The notes below the pieces were generated by a model that had not been told where the DNA came from, ran no database searches, and saw only the letters and a program-made list of their open reading frames with translations. Positions 19,501 to 26,826 of a stretch of DNA of 64,000 nt are shown in pieces. The position numbers and the translations under genes were made by a program. This DNA is from Verrucomicrobiota bacterium (GTDB lineage: Bacteria > Verrucomicrobiota > Verrucomicrobiia > Limisphaerales > UBA1319), in assembly GCA_022709905.1 (NCBI GenBank), contig JAKLHY010000001.1, positions 77,463 to 141,462 of the forward strand. Direction: 5' to 3'. How positions within the stretch are numbered: position 1 is the stretch's first letter; each line of letters starts with the position of its first letter.

Positions 19501-21844
19501 TAATAACGCGGCAGGACAGACCACCTATGCGGAGTTCCGCAATTACGGGCCTGTGCCGCGCACGCCTCTGGCGATTGGCACCCAGCCGTTGGATGCTTAC
19601 ACGCTCCAAGGCAAGACGGCGACGTTCACCGCCACTCCGACCGGTTCGCAGCCCTACACCTTCCAATGGATGCGAAACGGAACGGCAATCTCCGGAGCCA
19701 CCAAGGCGACCTACACGACTCCCACGCTGACTTATGCCGCCGATAACGGCGCCAAGTACAGCTGCGTCATCTCCAATCTTTACGGAGAAGTCCTCACGAC
19801 ACGGGAAGCCGTGCTCTCCATCGATCCTGACTTCGTCAAACCGACGGTGGTCTCGGTGACCGGCAGCACTGCGATGAACGAGATCAAGGTCACGTTCTCC
19901 GAACCGGTGAACGAAGCCGCCGCGACCGCCCTATCCAATTACGTGGCGACCGGCGGGATTACCCTCCAAAGCGCAACCCTGAGTTCGAGCAAATCGGTCG
20001 TGTCGATCAAGACCACTGCGCAGACTCAGGGAGCGGCCTATTCCCTGAAGATCAGCAATGTGCCGGATGTCGCGGGCAACCTCGTCGATACCGTCACGAA
20101 GAACTTCAGCGGCTGGGTCTTTGCGAAGGGTTACCTCGTGAGCGAGTTCTACGGCAACATTGGCGGTGGCACCACGATTCCCGACCTGACCAACAGCCAG
20201 ATCTTCAAGGATGGCAAGCCCACCTCGGTGTCCGCAGTGACGGGAGTCTTCGAGACGCCCAGCAACGTGGCCGACAATTACGGCCTCAGGGTCTATGGTC
20301 TGCTGATTCCGCCGATCAGCGGCGCTTACACGTTCTGGATTGCGACGGATGACGCCGGCCAGCTCTTCCTGAGCAGCAACGATAATCCGGCAAACAAAGG
20401 CACGACACCAATCGCAGCCGTTTCCGGTTGGGCCGGTATCCGTGAGTACAACAAGGAAGCCGGGCAGAAATCCGCTCCCATCAACCTGGAAGCCGGCAAG
20501 ATGTACTATGTCGAGGCCCTGATGAAGGAAGGCGGCGGCGGCGATAACTTGGCCGTTGCCGCGACCGCGCCAGGGCAGCCGGCGACCATCAACAACGGCG
20601 ATGCTCCGATCTCCAGCGAGTATTTCGGGGTTTACTACAACCCGGATAATTCGTCGGTGCAGATTACGCAGCAGCCCGTCGATGCGACTGTCCAGCAAGG
20701 CCGCAAGGCAACCTTCACCGTGGTGGCCACTGGAAAATCGGATATCTCGACAACCGTGGGTTACCAATGGCAGAAGAATGGCGCGGACATCGCCGGGGCA
20801 ACCGCCGCGACCCTGACGATCGCGGCCGCTGATCTCGCCGACAATGGAGCGAAGTTCCGTTGCATCGTCAACGTGCCTTCGAAGTCGGCCACCAGCGCCG
20901 AGGCAACACTGACCGTGACCCCTGACACCGTGCCCCCAGTGCCGCAATCAGCGGCCGGCATGATCGGGAGTGGCGAAGTTCATCTCTACTTCGACGAAGT
21001 CATTGATCCTGTGACCGGCTCGACCGCGGACAACTACGGCGTGTCGGGAGCTGTGGTCAAAGACGCCATGGTTGCGACCGACGGCAAGTCGGTTGTGCTA
21101 TCGGTTGCCGGTTTGACAGGCACGACCGTCAACGTGGCGGTCAACAAGGTCCAAGACTTGGCCGGCAATGCAATGCCCGCAGTCAAGATCCTCGCGGCGC
21201 CATTGAGCAAGCTCGCCGCTCAGGATGTCGGCACGCAAGATCCCAATACCTTGCAGTTCACGAACCCGCTCGAACCGGGTGCCACCTGGGCGCGCAGCGC
21301 GACAGACTTTGATGTCGTCGCCGGCGGAACGGACATCTGGGATAATTCGGATGGATTCCACTTCGTCTACGAACAACGCTCGGGCGACTTCGATGTTGTT
21401 GTTCAAGTGGCGCGTTTGGACATCGCTAATAACTGGACCAAGGGCGGATTGATGATGCGCGAGGAACTCACGGGCGATAGCCGGAACCTGAACCTGGTGG
21501 TCGATCCGAAGAGTGCCACGCCCGCTCCGGATGGCTCGGGCAGCGGTGCCAACGTTTATGAAGCCAATCATCGTCCGACCAAAGGTGGTGCTAGCTCGGC
21601 CTGGCCGGGACTCGCCAACAATTCGGACGTGCCGTATCCGAACGCCTGGATGCGACTGAAACGCGCGGGCAATGTGTTTACCGCTTATCGCGGTAACGAT
21701 GGCCTTGCCTGGCAACAGATTGCGACGATCACGATTGAGTTCCCGCAGACTGTTTACCTGGGGTTGGCAACAACCGCTCATAATAACAATCCGGGGAACA
21801 CCACTTACGCTGAGTATCGTAACTTCAAGAACTTCAGCCCGTAA
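13562..21844 (+). CDS. Giant secreted modular protein: 4 PA14 domains, 6 Ig (I-set-like) domains, 6 SbsA/Big_5-like Ig domains, 3 ConA-like (DUF1349/LamG-like) domains and 1 split F5/8 type C (discoidin) domain
   Basis: Signal peptide MRSSFMKALTLVLLLVGLNARVQA, with AGAGGA upstream of the ATG at 13562 (track ORF starts at 13466). PA14 signature repeated (ADNYG...TGDYTFW..SDD...L.LS.D.NPANK...QKSAP..LEAG..YY.E....EGGGGD). Ig motif Y.WQ.NG..I.GAT...Y. ConA-like motif GG.DIW...D.F.F.Y....GDFD......L......W.K.G.M.R. Confidence 0.85.
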   Translation: MRSSFMKALTLVLLLVGLNARVQAGYILRVFYDGIPGSAVSDLTSAPSFPNGPNPDGSPLQTEMLTDLFEGLPISGNGADNYGSWIRGFLEVPATDDYTFYIASDDDSQLWLSTDSNPANKKLISSVTGWTGAREWTKYASQKSAPVKLTAGQKYYVEVLQKEGGGGDNIAVGWQRPGTGIAPIPALYLQGYPMAEFPDPSFLTQPRSMTVPENSFVTIFANLNASHPVNYQWLRNGLPVPGAVMSSYTFKVTLADNGTVFYLIAGNGRGLLVSDPATITVVPDTTPATIASVESSMFNPYEIKVSFSEPIQVPTAANFALDKGATVTEAKMGANDTTVVLKTSELMIGGSYTLTAVGVLDKATVPNGSNSSKEFSIASQVKFNVIDGTSGTGTNDFLNNAKYKAKSFDRSVWVNGLAVPWNFGEYYIGQLEAYLIPPTTGDYTFWVYADDGCLLYLSSDDSPANKKVIAGFNGWTDERQYDKYNDVAGGAYQKSAPITLEAGRRYYLEAVVIEGSGGDGIGVAWRKPGEPAEVTNGDQSVVISGAALAYYGPTGPITITEQPVNVTVNENETATFSVKVTGMPSYNYQWYQDGVAIAGATGASYSVKATAARATDKYWVVVNNQFSEATSDIVNINVVLDLDSPTVVGAGSLTTNVVHVVFNEGVDSATATTKANYVLKRGDGAAVNVNSAELLNPSTVLLKTADLVSDTEYELAISNVKDAAQAGNVMTNVTVMFKPINLWQTVRINNTQAYSAVALGDRIETIAGGADIWGNSDQFVFTYKQVTGNFDYVVKLESLDNSDPWAKAGLMARATLDAGSRHVINAGTPGAGNNLLTMQYRDTTGGASSDSPTVQIKPPSFQYPNAWLRMQRIGSVFYCYYSPNGVDWIQHNKKDSATSTEGAMPDTLYVGLAVCSHSTTKTTKAIMTGFAVPPSVPFELKAQPQSQTALQGNKATFSVSIAGNPPYFYQWQRNGQNISGATSGSYTTPALKYNLDDGAIYRCIISNLLGSVLTSDEAKLTVPSDTNAPTVVSATGSMFFNKATVVFSEPVDPASGGNLANYAVDGGLTLEAAQVNGASVMLTTSAQTPGKKYNLTINNVTDLVGYKIPANSKVSFSGWVLVPNLAVLDVFDNISGTAVADLTKTDKYKNNTPDRSFAYNKAESASGIADNYGARLATIVTPPETGDYFFYVYSDDASELYISTDENPANKGTTPIAKVNTWTNVKQWTKEPNQKSAAVSLEAGKQYYIEALVKEGGGGDHVGIAWVAPSQQISPSYSAQGENSGSGETAPKAFDKSTSTKWLDFANVAAGTVDVKINFQNTNSAGYAGYLPDNGFVFADQGNGYSYGWNQDNSANARDRNNTASQDERYDTFNHMEKPGGPWIWEIELPNDLYQIHIVGGDPSNFDSTIKLMAEDVLIVNGDPCTTDQRFREGTGLVDLKDGKLTISVAPGAANAKIAFLEIKNGISKRASWIQYLYAGTGTKAVTQYNVVSANDAPERDPMDWKFYGVNEDGSMDLLDTQTGQSFAARYSRNTYPIANTQEYRGYRLVIDSVKNPATANSVQLSEIELIDATGANTTEKVFGDGDAAIGSQYIAFYVNPDKSFINITQHPTSATVVENRTVTFSVTATGGSQYSSAPSYQWQRDGVDIPGATGASYTTPLLTTADSGAKFRCVLSVPALTVNSEEATLTVNADNAPPVVSGAAGLVGSWQINVFFDELVDPDTATDIANYGVLGGLVSDAEMARDGKTVLLTVEWLAGDSAQVWVNNIQDLKGNTMTTAAYITAPLSQLTARDVGTQDSTTFLFTDPLEKGQTIALTTKDFNVIAGGSDIWNKADGFHFAYERKTGDFDMAVQVARLDIANNWSKAGIMAREKITAGSRNVNLVVDPKGTVQAPDGSGTGANRYEANNRPTEGGDSSAWPNLANNLDVPYPNAWLRLQRVGNTFVAYRGSNGVDWIEIARMTAEYPADMYVGLALTAHNNAAGQTTYAEFRNYGPVPRTPLAIGTQPLDAYTLQGKTATFTATPTGSQPYTFQWMRNGTAISGATKATYTTPTLTYAADNGAKYSCVISNLYGEVLTTREAVLSIDPDFVKPTVVSVTGSTAMNEIKVTFSEPVNEAAATALSNYVATGGITLQSATLSSSKSVVSIKTTAQTQGAAYSLKISNVPDVAGNLVDTVTKNFSGWVFAKGYLVSEFYGNIGGGTTIPDLTNSQIFKDGKPTSVSAVTGVFETPSNVADNYGLRVYGLLIPPISGAYTFWIATDDAGQLFLSSNDNPANKGTTPIAAVSGWAGIREYNKEAGQKSAPINLEAGKMYYVEALMKEGGGGDNLAVAATAPGQPATINNGDAPISSEYFGVYYNPDNSSVQITQQPVDATVQQGRKATFTVVATGKSDISTTVGYQWQKNGADIAGATAATLTIAAADLADNGAKFRCIVNVPSKSATSAEATLTVTPDTVPPVPQSAAGMIGSGEVHLYFDEVIDPVTGSTADNYGVSGAVVKDAMVATDGKSVVLSVAGLTGTTVNVAVNKVQDLAGNAMPAVKILAAPLSKLAAQDVGTQDPNTLQFTNPLEPGATWARSATDFDVVAGGTDIWDNSDGFHFVYEQRSGDFDVVVQVARLDIANNWTKGGLMMREELTGDSRNLNLVVDPKSATPAPDGSGSGANVYEANHRPTKGGASSAWPGLANNSDVPYPNAWMRLKRAGNVFTAYRGNDGLAWQQIATITIEFPQTVYLGLATTAHNNNPGNTTYAEYRNFKNFSP

Positions 21845-21905
21845 GTTGGCCGCGGTTCTGTCGATGTGAATTGAAAGAACTGCGATAGTCCAAGAAATAT
21901 CAAAA

Positions 21906-21932
21906 GGCCGGCGAAAGCCGGCCTTTTTTTTT
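21906..21932 (+). terminator. Rho-independent terminator downstream of the giant gene
   Basis: ggccggc-gaaa-gccggcc stem-loop followed by 9 T. It is preceded by AAAA, so it could act in both directions. Confidence 0.8.
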
Positions 21933-22012
21933 GCGCCCGCAGAGATTTCTTCGGAATTTGAGGCAGCAGTCACGCGGCCAAGGTGCTGCTTGTGGAAAAC
22001 ATGCGGCGAAGG

Positions 22013-22292
22013 CTAGTGTGGTGTTTGCGAAATACGATGCATTCTGTTGCGCCCAAAATGGCCCGATGACGAGGCACGCGGAGGGCGCATCCCATTCGTG
22101 GGGCTGTAACCGACGCGTAACGAAGTCAGCGGGCCATTTTCGGCGCAACCCTCGGGGCGGCCGTTCTTTTGGCCAGGCACTTCGTTGCGCCTCCCTTACA
22201 GATCCATTCCGGATATGCGCGGTCGGCGCGCCTCGCTCCTGACCAAAGCTCCTGGCCGCAGAATGCAGCGTATTTCGCAAACACCACACTAG
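22013..22292. repeat. ~280-bp nested imperfect palindrome (MITE-like element or structured RNA)
   Basis: 34-nt terminal inverted repeats at 22013-22046 and 22259-22292, 33/34 complementary. An inner long hairpin pairs about 22046-22080 with 22115-22150. A weaker second hairpin pairs about 22158-22178 with 22236-22258. Confidence 0.6.
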
Positions 22293-22499
22293 GCCAGGAG
22301 CGGGAGAGAAAACACCCCTGAAAACCGATGTGCCAGTCGATGAGCCAATCCGGAAAGTCCCCCAACAGTCCAGGTGGATCGATCCCCCGCTGGTGCAACA
22401 CAATTACTTCTGCTGTTGTGATCAGCCAGTTTGGACGCTCTACCTGTTGCTCACCAGCGTGGGCGATGGGTGAGAAGCCGTTTTGTCTTCTGCGCTTCC

Positions 22500-23915
22500 T
22501 CAGGGAGTGCGCAGACCGAAATGGGTCAGCTTCTCGCGCATGGTCTGGCGCGAGACGTTCAGCCAGCGGGCGGCTTTGGCTTGGTTGCCTTGCGCCAGTT
22601 CAATCGCACGCGTGAAGAGTTGTCGTTCCACGGCTTCAATCACGGCAGCGTAGGCGTCCGACAGCGTTTCCTCACGGGCGGCGTCAAGACATTCGTCAAT
22701 GAACGTTGCCAGGGTTTGTTCAGAAGCCACAGTCGTGTCGCTCCGTTTCAGCAGCACAGCTTTGAAATTGTCCACACTGATGGGAAAATCGCGGGCGAGG
22801 AGCAACGCCTGCCGGAGCACATTCGCGAGTTGCCGTACATTGCCTGGCCAGCGTTGCTGCTGAAGCCAGGCAACGGCTTCGGGCTGGATTGCGGCGGCGT
22901 TCAATTGCAGCTCGGCCTCGAAGCGACGCAGGAAATACTTTGTCAGTTCGGGAGTGTCTTCCAACCGGCTGCGCAGCGGCGGCAGGTGGATGACAAATGA
23001 ACTGAGGCGGTAGAATAGATCCTCGCGAAAGTGCTTCTCGCGGATGGCGATTTCCAGGTCGCGATGTGTAGCGGCGATGATACGAACGTCCACCGGAATG
23101 TTGTCTTTGCCACCGACGCGCTGGATGCATTTGTCCTGAAGGACACGCAAGAGCTTGGCCTGGGTGAAGGCGGTCATGTCGCCGATCTCATCCAGGAACA
23201 GTGTGCCGCCGTCTGCCTGCTCGAAGCGGCCAATGCGCCGGGATTCCGCGCCTGTGAACGCGCCGCGTTCGTGGCCGAATAATTCGCTCTCGAGCAATGT
23301 TTCGGGAATCGCCGCGCAATTCACGGCGATGAACGGTTTGTCGGCGCGGGTGCTGTGTTGGTAAAGAGCGCGGGCGACCAGTTCCTTGCCTGTGCCGGTC
23401 TCCCCGCGAATGAGGACCGCGACTGGTTTGGCCGCGACACGGCCAATCTCTTTGCAGACCTCCTGCATCACGCGGCTGTTGCCGACGATGGCATCGCCCG
23501 TCGAAGCGGCCTCGCCCAAATCCACCGGCGCGCTCATCAGCCGCGCGCTCGATATAGCCGTGGCGGTGACTTCCAACAAATCCTCCATCTCGAATGGTTT
23601 GATCAGATACTCGAACGCGCCGCGTTTGGTCGCTTCGATGACTGTTTCCGTCGTGCCGAACGCGGTCATCAGCACAATGGGCAGGCGGGGTTTGGCCTCG
23701 TGCAACCGGCGAATAAGTTCCAAGCCGTCAATGCCCGGCAACCGCAGGTCGGTGATGACGACATCGAAGTTCTCCATATGCGCGCGGTCGAATCCTTCGT
23801 CGCCGCGATGTGCAACGACCACGCAGTAGCCCTCCGACTTGAGCAGTTTCTCCAGAGACACGGCGGCGCGCGCGTCGTCTTCAATCAACAGGATGTGAGC
23901 AGAGGTCGTGTTCAT
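22500..23915 (-). CDS. Sigma-54-dependent response regulator (NtrC family: REC + AAA+ + HTH)
   Basis: REC with DVVITDLRLPGIDG. AAA+ with GETGTGKE, GAFTGA and ESELFGHERGAFTGA. C-terminal Fis-type HTH (AARWLNVSRQTMREKL). Confidence 0.9.
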   Translation of the reverse strand: MNTTSAHILLIEDDARAAVSLEKLLKSEGYCVVVAHRGDEGFDRAHMENFDVVITDLRLPGIDGLELIRRLHEAKPRLPIVLMTAFGTTETVIEATKRGAFEYLIKPFEMEDLLEVTATAISSARLMSAPVDLGEAASTGDAIVGNSRVMQEVCKEIGRVAAKPVAVLIRGETGTGKELVARALYQHSTRADKPFIAVNCAAIPETLLESELFGHERGAFTGAESRRIGRFEQADGGTLFLDEIGDMTAFTQAKLLRVLQDKCIQRVGGKDNIPVDVRIIAATHRDLEIAIREKHFREDLFYRLSSFVIHLPPLRSRLEDTPELTKYFLRRFEAELQLNAAAIQPEAVAWLQQQRWPGNVRQLANVLRQALLLARDFPISVDNFKAVLLKRSDTTVASEQTLATFIDECLDAAREETLSDAYAAVIEAVERQLFTRAIELAQGNQAKAARWLNVSRQTMREKLTHFGLRTP

Positions 23916-25273
23916 GAGTTGTGAGCAAATGGAAGGATAATACTGAGGATTGTCCCTTGCCCGACTTGCGTTTGGTATTCGAGCCGGCCGCCGTGTTTTT
24001 CCAAAATTCGCGCGGCGATGCTGAGGCCCAGCCCCGTTCCGGATTCCTTGGTGGTGAAGAATGGATCGAAGAGCCGCTTCTGGACTTCGGGCGGGATGCC
24101 CTTGCCCGTGTCTTCCACTTCCAGCACGGCAACGTGCGGCGCACGACCGCCGCCGCGTCCGGGTTTCGTGCGGGTGCGCAGGGTGATCGAACCATTCTGT
24201 CCGATGCTCTCCGCTGCGTTCTTGACGAGGTTAATAAGCACTTGCTTGATCTGCTGCGGATCGGCCTGAATTTCCGGGTCGGCGAGGAATTCGTGCTTGA
24301 GCGTGATGGCCTTTTTCTCCAGCTCCGGCGCGAGCAAACGGGCTAGTTCACGGAATGGCGTCGTGGCCTTGATTGTTTCAAACCGAGGTTCGGATGGGCG
24401 CGCAAAAACCAGAAAGTCCTTGATGATTCCATCCAGGCGGGCGATTTCTTCACTGATGAACAGGTTGTCTTCCGCTGGCTCGGAATCTATGGGCAGAAGT
24501 TTCCGCTGGGTGAAGAGCCGGGCTTTAATGGCGGTGAGCGGATTGCGAATCTCATGCGCCACACCCGCCGCCATAGCGCCGAGCGACGCGAGTTTCTCCT
24601 GCCGTTCCATCAACGCGCGCGTTTCGATTAATTTGACCCGTAGCGGCGCAATCATTCCGCGGTAGACCATGACGGCGACCACAAGGCTTAGGACGACCAG
24701 CAGGGTCAGCGACGCGGCCAACAACACCTTTAACCCCGCGAAGGCTTGTTCTGAATCAGCACGAGCAACTTGAATCGACTCGCGCTGCGCTTCAGCCAGC
24801 CGCCGTCCCAGCGCGAATAGGGCGGCCGAGTCTTTTTCCGTTTGCTCGAACAATTCGGGCAGCGAGCCAGGGCCGGCAGTCCGCGCGCTTTCCTGAAGGA
24901 TTTCGTGGCCCTTGGTCAAGTAGGATTGATAGGCGGACGTGAGGTCCTTCAGCACTTCACGCTCGGTTTGGCTGTCGGCGTTGACTTTGTGTTCCGCGAG
25001 CCGAGTCTTGAGCGCTTCGCTTTCCTGTTCAAAGGCGGCCCGGTCGGCAGGATTCTCATGAAGGTCGAACCGGAACAACGTATGGTTTAGCCGCAGGATG
25101 GTCGCATCGAGATGATCCGCCAGATGAAAGCCGCCCTGCTGCATCGCCTGGAATCGCTTCTGCAACTGGTCTGTGTGCCTCCAGGCACGGCGTTCAGTCC
25201 AGCCAATCAGCACCGCGCCCAACGCGACGGCCACCAGGAAGCCGGTCAATCGAAGTCTGATCGGTGATTTCAT
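23912..25273 (-). CDS. Sensor histidine kinase (two TM segments, periplasmic helical sensor, HisKA + HATPase_c)
   Basis: H-box HEIRNPLTAIK, N-box LINLVKNAAES, G-boxes DTGKGI and GTGLGLSI. There is a 4-nt overlap with the downstream NtrC-like gene. Confidence 0.9.
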   Translation of the reverse strand: MKSPIRLRLTGFLVAVALGAVLIGWTERRAWRHTDQLQKRFQAMQQGGFHLADHLDATILRLNHTLFRFDLHENPADRAAFEQESEALKTRLAEHKVNADSQTEREVLKDLTSAYQSYLTKGHEILQESARTAGPGSLPELFEQTEKDSAALFALGRRLAEAQRESIQVARADSEQAFAGLKVLLAASLTLLVVLSLVVAVMVYRGMIAPLRVKLIETRALMERQEKLASLGAMAAGVAHEIRNPLTAIKARLFTQRKLLPIDSEPAEDNLFISEEIARLDGIIKDFLVFARPSEPRFETIKATTPFRELARLLAPELEKKAITLKHEFLADPEIQADPQQIKQVLINLVKNAAESIGQNGSITLRTRTKPGRGGGRAPHVAVLEVEDTGKGIPPEVQKRLFDPFFTTKESGTGLGLSIAARILEKHGGRLEYQTQVGQGTILSIILPFAHNS

Positions 25274-25648
25274 CGAAGTGACAATCCGCTGGCCGTTTTC
25301 TCGTTCACCATTCTAAGCTTAATCCGCATATTCTGCTGTCTTTCGAGACAACTCTGCCCGCCCACGCTCGATCCTTATCCCGATATATCGGGATGGGCAT
25401 GTACGCCACCCGCGCCTCGTTTGCACGGTAACTCTCTCGCCGCGAATCTATAGCTATTTACGAGATACTACACTAGAGGAAATTAGCGCGAATCGAACCA
25501 AAACGCACCCGTAGATTAGGGGCAAAAGCGAATATCAAACTCAACCCACCAACAGCCACCGGGGATTGTTGGCATGGTGCGGACCCAAGGCAGACCGCAC
25601 ACTGAACCGGCGGAAAAGCGATCCCGCGTGCTGCTCAGATTTTCACTG

Positions 25649-25665
25649 TGGCAATCCGCTGGCCA
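25649..25665 (-). promoter_or_regulatory. Candidate sigma-54 (-24/-12) promoter facing the kinase/NtrC operon
   Basis: The minus strand reads TGGCCAGCGGATTGCCA, with correct GG-N10-GC spacing against the consensus TGGCAC-N5-TTGC. A 16/17 copy of the core lies at 25278-25294, just upstream of the kinase ATG. Confidence 0.3.
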
Positions 25666-26062
25666 GCACTGGCAACCGGCTGGTCATTTCGGGCTGAACC
25701 CGCGACGAGCAGAATAGCATAACTGGCTGGTTTTCAGGCGCCATTCCACCCCCAAGCGAACTGGCACGGAAGCAGCTACGGTCCAACGACTGGAATCTAA
25801 CCAATAGCAAACATACACCAAAGAGAATGAGGTGACGATGGCAGCGACTAGAGTTTTAAAATCGTTCCAGCCGATTTCCCCGGATCCGGTTGCAGAGTTG
25901 ATCGATCCGGCCATGTTCATTGGTGCTGCTCCGATGCCGGTGAAAGAACCTCCCCACCCTTCCCAAGCTCGCGAGCAGTGGCCGGCGGACGACCGGGAGA
26001 CTGCTCGTGTTCAGCCCTATAACCGCTGGGGGATCAAAGAATAGGAACCTCCAACGAAACCT

Positions 26063-26749
26063 ATGATTTTGTTGCTATTCATCACAACAATGGCTATCGC
26101 GCTCCTGGCGCAGTGGCACGTCAAACGCATTTATCATCGCTACAGCCGTGTGCCGGCAATGGCGGGCTACACCGGTGCGGAAGTGGCGCGTGAGATTTTA
26201 AGCGCCGCCGGGATTGGAGATGTTTCGATTCACGAGCACGAGGAGTTATTGGGCGATCACTACGACCCGCCGCGCAAACGGCTCGTGCTTTCCTCTGCCA
26301 ATTATCACGGCACATCGCTGGCGGCCATCGGCGTGTCGGCGCACGAATGCGGTCACGCCATCCAGCACAAGCAGGCCTATGCGCCATTGCATTTGCGCAT
26401 GGCAGCGATAGGCATTACCAGTTTTGCCAGTCAGATTGTTCTGTGGCTTCCGCTGGTAGGAATCATGACAGGGATTCTCGCGATGCATGTCGGCTTGCTC
26501 CTCATGGCCGTGGCTTGGGGAATCATCATGGCCTTCAACCTCATCACCTTGCCGGTGGAATTCGACGCCTCGCGCCGCGCCAAACTGCTGCTCGGCCAGA
26601 TGGGTTTCGTGGAATCCACCGAGGAGCGCGAGGGCGTGACGCGGGTTCTGAACGCGGCCGGATGGACTTACGTCGCTGCGTTCATCACGTCGCTGGCCTA
26701 TTTTCTTTGGCACCTGCTGCCGCTGTTGACCGGGAGGGACCGCGACTAA
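26063..26749 (+). CDS. Membrane zinc metallopeptidase (YugP / Zn_peptidase_2 family)
   Basis: N-terminal TM segment, HYDP..K.L.LS, HECGHAIQH zinc motif, C-terminal TM helices. Confidence 0.8.
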   Translation: MILLLFITTMAIALLAQWHVKRIYHRYSRVPAMAGYTGAEVAREILSAAGIGDVSIHEHEELLGDHYDPPRKRLVLSSANYHGTSLAAIGVSAHECGHAIQHKQAYAPLHLRMAAIGITSFASQIVLWLPLVGIMTGILAMHVGLLLMAVAWGIIMAFNLITLPVEFDASRRAKLLLGQMGFVESTEEREGVTRVLNAAGWTYVAAFITSLAYFLWHLLPLLTGRDRD

Positions 26750-26826
26750 AGGCCGGAGAAACCATGCCGGTCAGAAAATGACTATACAAACCTCCCCCCC
26801 CACCGGACGGCGTCCAGGTTTAGCCA

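Noticed and set aside
13562-21844. Possible CRISPR array or tandem DNA repeats suggested by recurring sequence strings
   Set aside because: The recurrences are diverged protein-domain repeats of 250-1200 nt, in frame within one ORF. They are not short, regularly spaced direct repeats with unique spacers.
13889-21973. Long antisense ORFs inside the giant gene (13889..15328, 15491..16027, 16067..16822, 17417..18487, 18962..19666, 19931..20947, 21098..21973, all minus strand)
   Set aside because: The plus-strand frame carries clear repeated PA14, Ig and ConA-like motifs along its full length. The antisense translations are Arg/Gly/Asp-rich with no recognisable motif, as expected for stop-poor antisense frames in high-GC DNA.
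21900-22403. ORFs 21900..22403 (-), 21931..22242 (+) and 22126..22401 (-) in the gap after the giant gene
   Set aside because: They lie across the 22013-22292 palindrome and produce mirrored peptides on both strands, which is an inverted-repeat artefact. No start context or motif was seen.
25486-25499. tRNA/tmRNA-like T-arm string (gcgcgaatcgaacc; reverse complement ggttcgattcgcgc)
   Set aside because: The bases flanking the TTCGATT loop (tttgg and cgcgc) cannot form a T-stem, and no acceptor or anticodon arms could be built around it.
25684-26044. Small ORFs 25684..25920 (-) and 25832..26044 (+) between the kinase operon and the zinc peptidase gene
   Set aside because: They overlap each other, show no recognisable motif and have an unconvincing start context. 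One has a single hydrophobic stretch, so a small membrane protein cannot be excluded, but the support is too weak to annotate.
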